Assembly: GCA_028534125.1 (NCBI GenBank)
Contig: CM052829.1
Span: 8,310,001-8,374,000, forward strand
DNA length: 64,000 nucleotides
Reading direction: 5' to 3'
DNA from: Lama glama
Lineage: Eukaryota
The position numbers were made by a program, and so were the translations under genes. Positions 37,540 to 50,634 of this stretch are shown here, in pieces (the stretch's first letter is position 1; each line of letters begins with the position of its first letter). The notes below the pieces were generated by a model. That model was not told the origin of the DNA. It made no database searches and was given only the letters and a program-made list of their open reading frames with translations.

Positions 37540-38650
37540 TGTGACTTCTGTTCTTCTGGTTGCTAAATTCAGTGCTTAAATTCCAACCTTTATTCTACTT
37601 GGCCTTCCAGAGGCCCATGACATCCCCTCCATCTTGAAACTCTACAACACCTTTCTGTCTCGCCATCACTTTTAAACCTCTTCTGAGGGCTCCTGTTCCT
37701 CTGCTCGCCCCTTAACTGTTGATGTTTCCCAGGATGTGACTGTGATTTCTTTTGGTCTTTCATTCCCTTTATTCTGAATGTGAACGTGGATGTTTCCCAA
37801 ATCCATACCTTTGGCCCAGATCTCTCTTTTGAACTCCAGTCTCATAGATGCAGCCATGTGCAGCACCTCTGTGTCTGACCATCTTACAAGCATCTCATAA
37901 GCAACATGGACCATCATTCCAGCCTCCCTCCCTACTTGTCCTTTCTTTATATTCCTCACTCAGGCATTCATGCCGTCACTCATTCCAAAAATATTTATAA
38001 GGCACCTAATACATGTTAGTCACTCTGCCAAGTGCTGAATAAGCCACAGTCCTCGTGGAACTTAGTCACAGGAAGTGGTGTCACCATCCACCCAGTGACC
38101 GAGGCCAGAACCCTGGAGTCGTCTTTGAGTCCTGCCTCCCCCAAGTTACTTATTTACAATTATTTGGTCAGTAAATCTGATCTCTTCTCCTTCCTAAGCA
38201 AGTTGGAATCCTCCTTCTTCTTCTACCCCCTCCATGAATGTCTTTCCTCAGATCCTTATAATTTCTCTCCCGGGTTATGTAGGAAGCCCCACGCTGATCT
38301 TTCCATCCAAAGACATGCTGCCCTTGAATTCTTTCTCCATATTGCCGGTGTAATGATACTTCTGAAACCACACTTACAGTATTGTCATTTCCCTGCATAA
38401 AACTCTCCCAAACATCTTCTTAGCCTTCAGAACAAAACCTATGCTCCTTCGCATGACTGTGACCTGGTCCCTGTCTACCTCTTGGTCTGTGTGTCCCCAC
38501 TCCTCTTGGGACCTGTGCTCCAGCCACAGGGACCTTTCTCTGCCTGGAATCCCTCCACCTTCCCAGGCCACTCCATCCCCATTCCCTTCTTTGACTGCCT
38601 GCTCCTGCTCCTCATCCTTCAGAACTTGTCCTGATGCAAATTTGCCACCA
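37540..38650 (+). mobile_element. Long decayed LINE-2 segment; L2 3' end continues near 38900-38990
   Basis: ggcccagatctctcttttgaactccagtctcata...caccatccacccagtgaccgaggccagaaccctggagtc. Confidence 0.7.
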
Positions 38651-39453
38651 TGGAGGCCACCATTTGAGTCTATGGTGGTTGTAGATTTTCTGGCTCCTGG
38701 AGGTAGAGTGAACAGTGCCATTAGGGCCATCCACAGGCCTGCTCCTGTCACCTCCTCCTGGAGGTGTTCTCAGGCCCTCCCAGGCTGTGTTTGGTGACTC
38801 TTCTCTCTGTCAAGGCCATAGCAGACCACGCACTAATCATCTGTTACTCAGTCCCCACGCTTCTTTGGAAAAGGAGCTCAGCTCTCACAGGAAGAGACTG
38901 TGTCTTCTGTCTCTGAATCCCTGACCACAAGGGGTGTGCAGGGCCCCAGTGAGCAGTCAGTAAACTCTCGTTGCAGGAATGAATGTGTCAGTGGTAACCT
39001 TGTGAGGTGGCCCAGGTCATGGACCCCAAGTGAACCCTGGTGCTGCCTCTCATACGTAGAGGGACTGGGGCACGTCACTCCACAAAGCAGCCTCGTTAGA
39101 TGATGGGTATGAGGTGAGCGTGAGGCTTAGGAGAGACGAGGCTGTCAAGCACGTGGCACATGGGGGACAGACAGCAACTACTGTGATCACTGAAGAGTTT
39201 TCGGCACAGAAGTCGCTTCGATGTGTCAGAGTTCACTTTCCTGGACTCCCTTCTTCAGTGTGTTATTATCATCTTACTCTTCCTGATTTTTACTAAAGAA
39301 ATGGACTAGTCCTGATGTTGCAGGTATTTTTTTGACTGCTGGCTCTCAGGGCGGGGATGGGGTTGGGGTCTGGGTGTGTGTTGGAGGGGGTCAGGTGTAA
39401 AAGATCCATTGCTGTTCCAAGATTTAGTGGTGATGGATGTGGGAGGTAAAGTA

Positions 39454-39464
39454 GCGCGCGCGCG

Positions 39465-39514
<50 letters not shown>
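39454..39514. repeat. (GC)6 followed by (CA)n, a 61-bp alternating purine-pyrimidine tract
   Basis: Visible directly. Confidence 0.97.
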
Positions 39515-39515
<1 letters not shown>

Positions 39516-41984
39516 CAGCTAAGGTCCCAGGGAAAAGCTGTCTAAACCACCTGAACTATCCAGTACATCCCAAGCTTTAGGGCTTGCAGCCTGGCCTCAT
39601 TTGCATATTGGCACCACTTCCTTCCTTGCTGGACCGCTGGGCTTCACTGCCAGCGCCCTCTGCTGGCTGCAGCCAGATCTTCCCGATGTGTTTGACTATG
39701 TTGCCCCCTATGGATCAGGCCCAAGTTTCAGTAAGTATTTCCTTGCTAGCTGGAGCATCTCCTACTCGTGGCTGTTAGAACCTTCAGGGGTACCAAAGCG
39801 ATTCCTAGCCTCAAGGTAGGCTGTCCATGTCCGCAGCGCTAGACATTTTGACCATCTTGGAAAAGCATAAATCAGGACCGAAAACCAGAGGAACTCAAGG
39901 CATATACAATGACGTCGGAGTTACTGTGTTTAGACAGGTTGCCATGGATCACACACAGAACTGTATTTACCTACACTATTGCAATTTACAGAGAACTGCA
40001 GCAGCTATGGATGGTGTTGATAAAATAAAAGATACCAATGTGCCAGCATCAGATGTGACTTGTCAGTCACCTGATTTTATGTCTCATCGCAAAGGTCACA
40101 CAAGAAACAAAGTCTAGTTTCAGAGGAAAAAAGCCACACGACTCACCACATTATCTTTCCGTAGCACCTGAGTGTTCTGCTTCTGCTTCACTGATAACAT
40201 CTCAGAAAATCAAAGCGTGAGGTAGACAGATGCGATTACCAGAGAGGCTTCTTGTGGGTAATTCTCAAATTCTGTCTTGCAGCCAAGATCCTAGAAATTA
40301 TGAAAGGGCATTTTCAGGATTAAAAGCATTTAGCTTTGTTTCTTCCTAAGAATGGTAAATCAAAATCATTCTGAACTGTTTTTTTTAAGATACAAAACAA
40401 CTTCTTTCAAGCAAGTGCTTTTAAATTCCTCACATTCAAGCTTAAATTACAGTGTCATTTGTCACATTATGATCTATTTGAGTGAGTTAAGTAGAATATT
40501 GAGAAAGAGTCCTTTTCTTCCTTCAATCTTGGAGAAAAAACAGGCAAACTCCAAAATTACGCCAAGCAGTCTATCAGCAGTCTCTGTTGCTCCACACAGT
40601 CAAAGAGAAATGTCCACAGACTCTGAGCTGGTGTTTTTCTACCCCAGATGCATTCTCTTCCCTACCAGGAATGACTAACACTCAGGACTACGGTGCCAAG
40701 AGAAGCCACTAGGAAAGAGAGACAACTGAGGGAGAGAATTGCTCCCTGGAGATGGTGAAATACTCTTTTTCAGGAGGGAAGCACCTTTCCCACAAGCCCT
40801 CAGTGTCCCTGTCCCTCTTGGTGGCCAGGGCTGGGGCTTATGTCTATCTCATGTCTATTGCTAACCACCCAGTGCTAAACCGTGAGTGATTTGGATGATT
40901 CCTTTGGGGCAGAATGGACATTGGGGAGTTCAGCACCATTTTGGATACTGTGTCTGGAAACGCTGGTGATCAAACGAAAGCAAAAAAAAAAAAGAGACAT
41001 GATTACATTTGTATTCTAAATTTAAAGAGTAGGACAAACCTATTATGTACATGTGGACAATTTATAGTCTCCTGGGGAAAATCTTCAATTCCAGGAGCCT
41101 TTTTTGACAACACGCAGGAGAGGGAACACTTGCTGGGTCTCTCTCCATGACAGTGGAAAGATTCTCTCAGGGTATCTGGGCAGCCCCTGGGGGTAATAAT
41201 GATATTGCCTGAATAACTTCAACCCAGATTTCAATCTACTTTTAGCCAAAATGAAAGTCCGTTGTCATGGGGTCAGAAGAACATTATAAGTAAAATGAAT
41301 TTTTTGACATTACTTTCCAAGAGGCAGCCCCTGAATGCAGGACAATTAGAGTTTGTTTTCTCCAGGATCCATCTGCCTTTAGAGACCAGCAGGATCCCTG
41401 CAGTTCAGAAGAATCAGGCAAAAGGCAGCATTTCCTTTCCCTGAGATTGTTGCTGTTTCTGGAAATGCCTTCACCTCCTGAAATAGCTTCCCGGAAGTTG
41501 TAACTGGAGAACAGTCAGACCAGCGGAGATGGTTAACGTTGGGTAAAAGTGAGGCTCGTGGGGAGCCCAGTTGGGAGATGGGGAAGAAATCCCCTGGGTC
41601 TTGTCCCTGGGTCCTTTTAGTGCTGGTGGTCTTGGGTTTCAATCTGTCAAGGGACGGGCCTTTAAAGCAGGTCCCTAGCAGGATGTCCACCTTCTTGGAA
41701 GGCTGCATAGCCCCTTTCTCCTTGTATACTTGTTCTGACTCCAGCATCTGAAGCGTTGACATTCCGATAGCTGCATGGTTATAAGGGAGTTTCTTACTCA
41801 GAGATTTTGCTACAGAAATTCAAAGACATAGGGCAGAGTTATGATGTGTTAATGTCTACGTCCGTGCATGCCCATTTCATACAATGCTACGTATGTACAG
41901 CTCTGGTTTCAAGAAAGCACTTTTATGTTTCAAATCATAGTAGCCATCTGCTAGGTGCAAATATTGTTAGTAAAGTAGTGCACC

Positions 41985-42615
41985 GAACTGCCAATCTGAC
42001 CTCTTCCTTGTTAACAGAACCTGATCTGTGTCTTGTGTTTCCCATTTGCAGCCCTAGAAACAGAACCTTGATGACTCTGGGACAACTATAGCGACCCCAG
42101 TGACTGGTTTAGAATGACTACATGACCAGCTCTGGCCCTCGAGACACGGGGAGTAAACTGGAGGCTTCTGGGAAAGGTTTTTCTTTTCTTTTCTTTTTTT
42201 GAAATTTTTTGTATAGTTTGTATTTTCTGGTTTTTTTAAAAAACATTTTTTAAAATTGAGTTATAGTCATTTTACAATGTTGTGTCAAATTCCAGAGTAG
42301 AGCACAACTTTTGGGAAAGGTTTTTTTGTTTCTGAAAAAATAGACATAGAATGAGGTAGCCTCTCATCCTCGTCTGGACGGTATCACCCAGACTTTGTGA
42401 TCCTAGGATGCGGCAGTCATCTAATCACCTTATGAGGGCAAAAGGCAGCAGCCCAAGGACAAGACTGACCTACTGAATACGGTAGGCTGAAGAAATGCAA
42501 ATTACTTGGATCCTTGAGAATTTTGAGTTGCTGAATTAATCAACCAGATCTGAACGTCTTCTTCTATGAGATTAAATCTTGAGACCATACTGAGTTACGT
42601 GTGGAAGCATCATAA
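41985..42615 (+). mobile_element. MLT1-type LTR interrupted by a young L1
   Basis: ttccttgttaacagaacc...catgaccagctctggccctcgagac...ggcttctgggaaagg...cttggatccttgag...gagttgctgaattaatcaacc. Confidence 0.65.
42183..42311 (-). mobile_element. Very short young L1 3' end
   Basis: 14-bp TSD tgggaaaggttttt (42169-42182, 42312-42325); body cattttacaatgttgtgtcaaattccag identical to the 3360-3489 copy. Confidence 0.9.
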
Positions 42616-44098
42616 ATAATGATCCATAACTAGCTATCGTCTCTATTCACAGGCTGCTTTATCCTTCTGCCCCCGTATCAGTTCTCCTACCTTCCATCTC
42701 AGCGGGGGTTTTCCTAAGATGTAGGGGGTCTCGATGCCACTTAGAAGAACAGAAATAGACGCCAGCACAGTTGTCACTACTGACGGTGACTACTCCCGGT
42801 TCTTCAGCATCTCCTTGGTGTGAGGCCAGCGCTAAACCCTTTGCATACTCTATACTATCTTAATTATCAAAAGGACTCCATGAGGTAGGGGCTGCAACTA
42901 TTCCCATTTGACAGATGGGGAAATTGAGGGCCACAAAAGTTAAATAATTTTCCCAAGGTCTCAAAGCTATTAAGTAATAGAGCCAAGGGTCAAACCAGAC
43001 TGGCCACGCCCTTGTCCATCACCTTGAACCCTCCCCCACTCACTAATTGTGGGAACAGCAGACATGCGTGGGGCAGAGACCTCTTTACCCGATGGTTTCT
43101 CAGAACCAGTACACAAGTTCCCTGGGAGATGTGAAACCTAATTAGACCTAAAGGTAATTGAGTATGTAAGTGTCACTGTTTGATATGAACCCTCTTTTGC
43201 ATCTTGTTTAAACTCTCTGTACCTTAGAGCCTCTATTTGTGAGGTTGTGACAAAGAGACTTTCCACTGCCTACTTCCTCAGGACATGAGAAGATAACTGT
43301 GACAAAATTTATCTAAAAGCATTTTGTAACACTGAGAGGAAAAGTATTACAGAAAGCCAGGACATTGTTAATGTGATTTTTAATAGCTCCTCCCAGCTCT
43401 TAGGATGTTGAGACTGTAATGGAACATCTTAATTTGTTGAAAATTTTCCATACTCCTCTTTAAACTCTCAGGAGAAAAGGCTCTGTGAAAATGAGAATAA
43501 GAAAGCAGATGAATTTTCAGCTACTGGTTAAATATTCTTTAAGGTGCAGGATTTTGCACTGGACAGAAGACACGGTTGTGAGAAGTAAGGGGCCACTGTT
43601 CTTACTGTACAGTGGCATTTGTAAAACATACAAAGGATGGACCCTTTTTTAAAGGAAACATTTCTAACAGATATCCTATGTCAACCTAAATTATTCTTTA
43701 TTATATTCCTTCAGTATGAACAAACGAAATCTAGGTATAGAGTCCTTATACTGGTAGATCTAATATAATTATAAAACCAAGATAAATTTATAAGTTTGAT
43801 AAAAACAAAATGACAAAACCAATAAAATTCAGACCAACAACACTAATTGAATATGATGGATGACGTTGTTTTGTTGGAATAAGTTGGATTTGACAGAGCA
43901 AAACTCTTGTTCGGTTCTAGACATTTCAGGGTTCCGGTTCTGGACGCAGACTGGGTTAAAATCACATCTCTGCTTCTTACCAGCTATGTGACTGTTGGCA
44001 AGTGACTTAATCTCTCTGAGACTCCATTTTTTAACAGGAAATTGGAGATACTAACAGCACTCAAATGAGAAAGTTCTAGCGAAGATTAAAGACAGTAA

Positions 44099-44519
44099 TG
44101 TTGGGGAAGGGGTATTTCCCTCTCTGCCCCTCTTGAGTTCTGCGGCTAGACTAAAAATAAAATAGACGTTAAGACAGATTAAAAGGAGAAAAAGAAATTT
44201 TAATTCATGCGCAGAGAGGACTCTTAGAAATGGGACCTAGGAAGTGGCTAAAGCAGGCAGCTTTAATACTTTTAGACAAAGAAAGAATAAATTTGAGAAA
44301 AATCAACAGGACAAAGAGATTAAGGTTTGAGTGCTTAATTGGTCGAGAATGTAAACAGAGTTTGGGCTTGGGTGGTATATTAGTAAAGAAGCAACAAGGT
44401 TTGTTCATGCAGCCTTCTCAGCCCTGAATTCCCTGTCTCTGGTGATAAGGATGTCTTTCTACCTCCCAGTACAGGGAGCGCACGTTTCCCAAGGGGGCTG
44501 CCTGTCCTGGGCCCTAAAA
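44099..44519 (-). mobile_element. ERV1 solo LTR (same family as 33873-34409) nested in a + strand MIR (~43930-44590)
   Basis: Collinear with 33873-34409 apart from an internal deletion; TSD gtaa / ataa; MIR text resumes on both sides. Confidence 0.85.
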
Positions 44520-47519
44520 ATAAAATCTGTCCGTTACTTAGAACAGTGCCTAGTATATAACAGGGGCTCAGTAAAGGTTAGCTCTTATCACTAATGTTTT
44601 CTCTTTTACTTACATTGACACAGGGGAGTTCTATTTTCCGTAAGTGTGCTTTGCAGAGGATTAACACTTTCGAAACTTTGTTTTCAAATTCAAGATGATC
44701 AACCCTGATACTTAAGCAAACTGTGTTTGCAAGCAGTCCTCGACTGCAAATGTTGAGGAGGCGTCACTTAACAAAGTATAAAACAGCCTTGTCATTTGAA
44801 GAGAAGCTAAATTTGCAGCAGTATTAAATTTGCCCTACTTGAGAGCTAATAGAATTATTGCTGGAGTTAATGAAAGAATAACTTTTCATTACATGTTAAT
44901 TCTTGCTCTTAGTGCGAACTGTTATAAAGGAGATGGAACAAACCCTCCCCTCTTCCCCCCACTTCTTTCAAGGTCAGGGGCACTGTCCACTGCATCCTAC
45001 CCTAGGCTTGTGAAGGCTCAATTTGTTGATCACTTTTTTAAAGGTGTGAACTATTGCTATAAGGCATTATTTTGTCAGGTATGGCCAAGAAATAGACTCT
45101 GTTTTTGTTCAGTAAAAATGTCATATGTGTGTGTGTGTGTGTGAGCTTGTGTAAGCATATGCGTGCACACGTGCACACACACACACACATGTTTTGTTCA
45201 GCTCCCTCTGGACCCTCATCTGTTCTGTGCTGGGACATTACTTTCTTGTAGGTCAAGTTTATAGTGTGTTTTGGAGAATATATTTTCTCGGAGTTCAGAT
45301 TTCAAATAACAGTCTTTATTAGCCTAATCACCAAGGAGTCTTTGGTTTCCTCCAAAAAGCCGTGTCGAATTGTCTGCCTCTGTTCCGGATCCACCTGGAA
45401 AGGCTCCCTCCTCTCTCCCTTGCCAGCCTCTGTCTTGCTGGGTCTCGCCTGGGCTGAGGAAGGGAGGGTGCTCAGCTGCTCTTCCTTTGGCAGGAAGAGT
45501 AACATCCTGGAAACAGATTACCCCAATGGGCAGAAAGTCAGTCCCTTGATACTCAATATTTGAGGATAATATGGAGCGTTCTGCCTGGCACCAGAAGCCC
45601 AGGAGGATGATTGCTAACTGCCCTACACCAGCATCCTATACTGCAAATCACCTGTTTTTATATTTGTATTTTTAATGGTTTTTTTTTTTTTTGAAGAAAG
45701 AGAAACAGCTTGTGCTATAAACATGTACCTACTCAGTCTTTGACCACTTGAACTTTCAGGTGGAATGCTCCTCACAGGTTTCAGAGGATTACCTTACAAA
45801 AAGATAATTCACTGCAAATTAAAAAGTAGCTTCTAGTACATTGGATTCCCGGCTTCCATTTGTCAATTCCAACATTAGGTGCATTTCTGTTGACTCCTGT
45901 TTTGGATTCTGTATGTCTTTTTGCGCTCATACATACAGGAGAACCAAAATTCCAGGGTTAGTGGGTTTCAATGAAGAATAACAAAGTAGTTACGTAACCT
46001 TATATTTAAGCAACAAGACTTAGGAGTCTTTAAATTGATTTCTGTTTCTGTGCTTTTCAATGCATAGCTGGAGAAGGAAAAGGGGTTAGCAGTCATCCCC
46101 CTTGGCTTCTGGTGCTCTTTCAATGACTCGTCCTTCCTCAGCGCAGGCAAGTAAAACTTCAGGCTCAAATCACTGCAGGCAGAATGGAAGTGCCAAGCCT
46201 GCAGGTTTACTTTTCCAGAGTTGAAATCAAGGGGCTGTGCAGGGTCTAGTCCTCTTTACTTGGATCCACAGATCATAGCGGGAGCAGCATCAGTGGCACT
46301 TAATGGGAAAGGGTTCTGTGCCTGCGGAGTTAATTAGGTTTGGATAAGAGAGAAGGAAGAAAAGTTCCTGAAGTCAAAAACAAAAATCCAGGACTTTCAG
46401 GCTGGCCAAAAATGGCCTCTTTATCTGAGTGCTGCAGCCTTCACTGACACCTGGCTGCTGCTATAATAATTGATGCTATTAATGGAGCACCTGCTGTACG
46501 CCAGGCTCTGGACATACATAATTTCTACTCCTCAAAGTAACCTAGCAAAAAAGGTAATTTTATGCCCACTTTGTAGATGAGGGAGACAGTGGCTTAGAGA
46601 GTTTTGAAACTTGTTCAAATCACATACCCAGAAAATAATGAAACTGGGTTTTGACCTTAGCTCTACTTGACTCAAAGCTTATTCTCTTCCTATTTACCAC
46701 TTGGCTTATTTGCTTTGCTTACTGTAGAGGCCCTCATCCTCCTTGGAGTTACAGAGAGAGACAGAGTCTAGCCGGAGCCAGGAAAGTGCCGTTGTTAGCT
46801 CCTTGGAACCCATCAAGGGATGAGGTGCTGGCGCGGGCAGTTCTGGGCCGTTCTTGGCCCCAAGTAGTGGGGAGATGCCCCTCTGCAGTGCCGTGCATCT
46901 TCTGTGGGGTGGGAGGACTCAGGGAGGGGTCCGGGTGTCCTGAGTGGTTCCAGGGGCAGTCGAATGCATTTGAGTGAATACCGGAAGCAGGAGAAAACAA
47001 ATGTGCTTTCTGGGGATTGTCATCTCTACTTATTTACATGTGATCACTAGAGTTAAATTTTTGTACACATTTACTACTAAGTGGGGATAAAATTATCTTT
47101 TTTGTTACGTTATTGTGAGGAGTAGAAATTATATATGTCATGAGCTATGTCTTAAAACTGTACTGAATATTACACCTGGAGATTGTGCTGATAGACTTAA
47201 GATGCTACCAGAGCCTCTCAGACATATAGACCTGTTGCAGTGAGGTGGGAGAGGCAGGGTGGTGTGTGCCCAGAGGCACTGGGTTGGTGGGGGTGGTCTG
47301 GTCCCCGCTCTGCCGCCCAACTGCTCAGGACCAGCCAGTAGTAACCATGACAATGTAAAAAGAATAGCTGCTGTTTTCAATATCGAGCATTTACCATATT
47401 GAAGCCATTGGATTCATCGTTTTATGTACAACACATCATTTAATTTTCATGATTCCTCCTCCAATTCACTCTTAAAAGAAAAAGATTTATTTATGATTAA
47501 AGTAGGTAATTTCAAGAAA

Positions 47520-48207
47520 CACTAGGAATGGCAGGGTAATGACCTCTGAAAATCCAATCTCCATAAAAGCAGCAAGAACACTGTCAAACATAGTCAAAAT
47601 CACTTTCTCAGAACTCCGGGAATTAAGGCTTGTAACAGCATCAGCAGCGTTTGCTCCAGGAAAATGGCTGCGTCTTGGTAAGAACAGTGAGATTCGTGGA
47701 GTTTTAACTGGCCCTATTCCAAGCCTCCTAAACCCCTTCCAGCTCCTCAGTAGCCTTGAAAAGCAGTAGACCTACAACTACAGTAGCCGTGAAAAGTCAG
47801 TATATCCACACAACGGCATAGGATGCTACCATGAAATGGAATGAAGTAGGGACCCATGCAACAACGTGGGTGAACCTTGAACACATTATGCCAAGTGAAG
47901 GAAGCCAGACACAAAAGGCCACATAACGTGTGATTCCATTCATGAGAAATGTTCAGAACAGGCAAGTCTATTGAGACAGAAAGTAGATGACTGGTTTTGG
48001 GCGGGTGAAGGGTGAGGTGTAACGGGAGTGATTGCCAGTGGGTAAAGGGTTACTTCTGGGGATGATGAAAATGTTCTGAAATTAGATAGTGGTGATGGTT
48101 GCAAACTCTGTGAATATACTGTGAATAAAGACCACTGAATTGTGTGTATTTTTTAAAAAACGTAATTAACTGTATGTCAATTATATTTTCATAAAGTTGC
48201 TATAAAA
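47520..48207 (+). mobile_element. Old L1: 5' end (L1M4-like, ~47520-47795) joined directly to an L1MB7/8-like 3' end
   Basis: gaatggcagggtaatgacctctgaaaatcc...ctccataaaagc is 5' UTR-like; gaaggaagccagacacaaaaggccaca...gatgaaaatgttctgaaattagatagtggtgatggttgca is the 3' end. Confidence 0.75.
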
Positions 48208-50634
48208 TAAGGTGAATAAAATAAAACAGTTTCTGTTTACAGTAAAAAAGAAATCAAACAGCACAAAAGCACAGAGAATAAATATTGTTTCCTTCCCACA
48301 GTCCCAGGCATCTCTCCCAGGTTTTATCGTGAGTCCTTTCAGAGACTTAATGCACAACCAGACATGGCAGAACATGTCTACGCACATTTGTGTGTAAATG
48401 TAAAAATACTGTACCTCCTTTCAGGACCTTGCTTTTTCATTTAAACATTAATGCTTAGCAATCATTACACATTAGTACACATGGATCTTCATTAAAAAAA
48501 ATTTTCTCTAAAGTTTTTGTGTAGGTATACCATAATCTGTTTATCCAGCCTCACAATGACAGATACTTAAGTTGTTCCCAATCTTTTATTATTAAAAATA
48601 TACAGGATCAATGGATATATGTGTTTTCAATTTTGATAGATATTGCCAATTGCTAAGCTACTGCAATCACTTCTATCCTGTTGGCTAGATCTCAATCCTA
48701 AAGCAACATTTAGCTGTAACAGAAGCTTGGAAAATGCAGTCTTTATTCCAGGTGGCAACGTACCATGTTAGAAATTTAATTGCAATGGAAGAAAAGAGAA
48801 TAGATATTAAAGATAAGAAAAAAATCCTCCTTGAAATGTTAACTTCTTTGGCATTAAAAAACACCCTGTCCTTGTCCGCTTCTTATTCTCTGAGCAAGGC
48901 TTTTGAGCCTCCTTTGAGGAGGGGTCCTCTGCCTCCATCCTCTCCTGCTGAGATGCTGGTGTTCACAGGGCTTGGTCTTCTCATGGTACATGCTCTCTCT
49001 GGGCAGTCCCTGCCTCCCTACTGAGTTAACTGCCATCTGTGTGCTGATGACGCTTTAATCTGTACCTCTTCCCTGCGCCTGGGCAATGCTGTCCCAGTTC
49101 TCTACTATCTGGCATCTCCTTAGCCATGAACAGAACCATCCTGGGCCCTTTCAGTCTCCTTCTGAAATCAAGGTTTTGTTAGAAGTCAGAGCTGGGATTC
49201 ACAGGATTTAGGTGAAACCCTTATTCCTCAAATCTCAGGTGACCCAGATCCCTCTTAAGACTTTTCAAAGGTTCATGAGTTGGTGCTTATCAGGGTCCTT
49301 GATGGATACAGCTCTTAGGGAAACACCTCCAAACTGGTGATGAAATTCTCATTTGCAGGTTTGCCCTGAGTGAGGCTCCTCCCACTTATTACGGGGTGGG
49401 TTGTGGGTGGGTGATGGTGAATGTGCCTGGAGAGAATTGTGAAAGATGTTTCCAAGAGGGGGGTGATGAACATGTGTCAATATCAGTCAGATTTCTCCTT
49501 GAAGCTTAGCCTGGGACTTTACATCTCCTGCTCCCATGGTGCTAACAGGTTCCAGGTGGTAAATAAATTCTCTAAGAGGATAAGCTAGAATGCCATGTTC
49601 TCAGTGACACCACTCAGAAGAGCACAGAGTCCGTGACCCTGGAGGTAAGACCTCAGCACTAATAACCTGCTATCTTCTGGACATCTCTACAAGGCTGTCT
49701 CTTGGGACCTGGGAAGGTGACCTATCCAGAGTTCATGCTGCCCCTGCCTGGCTGCCTGGGGGCGCCCCCTTCCCCGCGAGGGCTCAGCTCAGGTAGAGTC
49801 TGAAGCCTCTCCGGACAACCTCATGGAGAATTTGACCCATTCTCCTTCATGCTCTCACTATCCAGGGTCCTCCCATCCGCATGCCATCCTCATCCCATCC
49901 TCATCCAAGAAAGGAAACATGTAACTCTCAAGTTATGTTTTCTTCTTTCTTGCTTTTCATTTTACTTTATTTCATTTTGGTTTTACATAGTAACATTTCC
50001 ATTTCTAACAAACTATCAGTTGTGTATACCAATAATTGTGGACCAAGTGAAATCAACTCCTATTGTGAACAACGTATGTTGTGCTGTGAAAATATAATGA
50101 ATCAATTGATACTGGCCAAAAGCACTTGATCAGTGAGATCTGAGTTCATCTGTCATTGTCTTCCCTGAGTCTTGACTTCTCTCAATTTTTAAGCCTACCT
50201 TTTTGCCCTGGCCTTAGACCTCTGGCACCAGCTCCCACGAGCCTTGTACAATGTCTGAAAATAACAGCTGTCTAAGGGGGTGAGTATGCTCAGAAGCCAT
50301 CCAGTATATCCTCTGTTGCCAGTGGGAAGAGTGTGGCATTTGGAACTAGAAGACCTAGCTTTCTGTCCTGCCTCTACCTCTTAGTAGCTGTGAGATTACA
50401 GAGAAATCACTTTATGTGGTTTATCTCATCTCTAAAGTAGTATTATCTCACAGAGCTTTCGTTGGCCAAATGTTTGTTCCATTAGACACAACCAGCACAA
50501 TGCCCAGGATGTGTCTAGAGGCCCACCAAAGTGATGGAGACCTGAAACAGATATTTAAATCCTAATTACACAAATAAAGCTTCAAAGTCAAAATTAATAA
50601 GAATATTATGCCTGAAAAATATGTGAATGAAAAA

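Noticed and set aside
39293..39511. Cys/Val-repeat ORFs
   Set aside because: Translation of the (CA)n microsatellite
41379..41762. 127-aa minus-strand ORF in unique DNA
   Set aside because: No recognisable homology or supporting exon structure; length is within chance expectation
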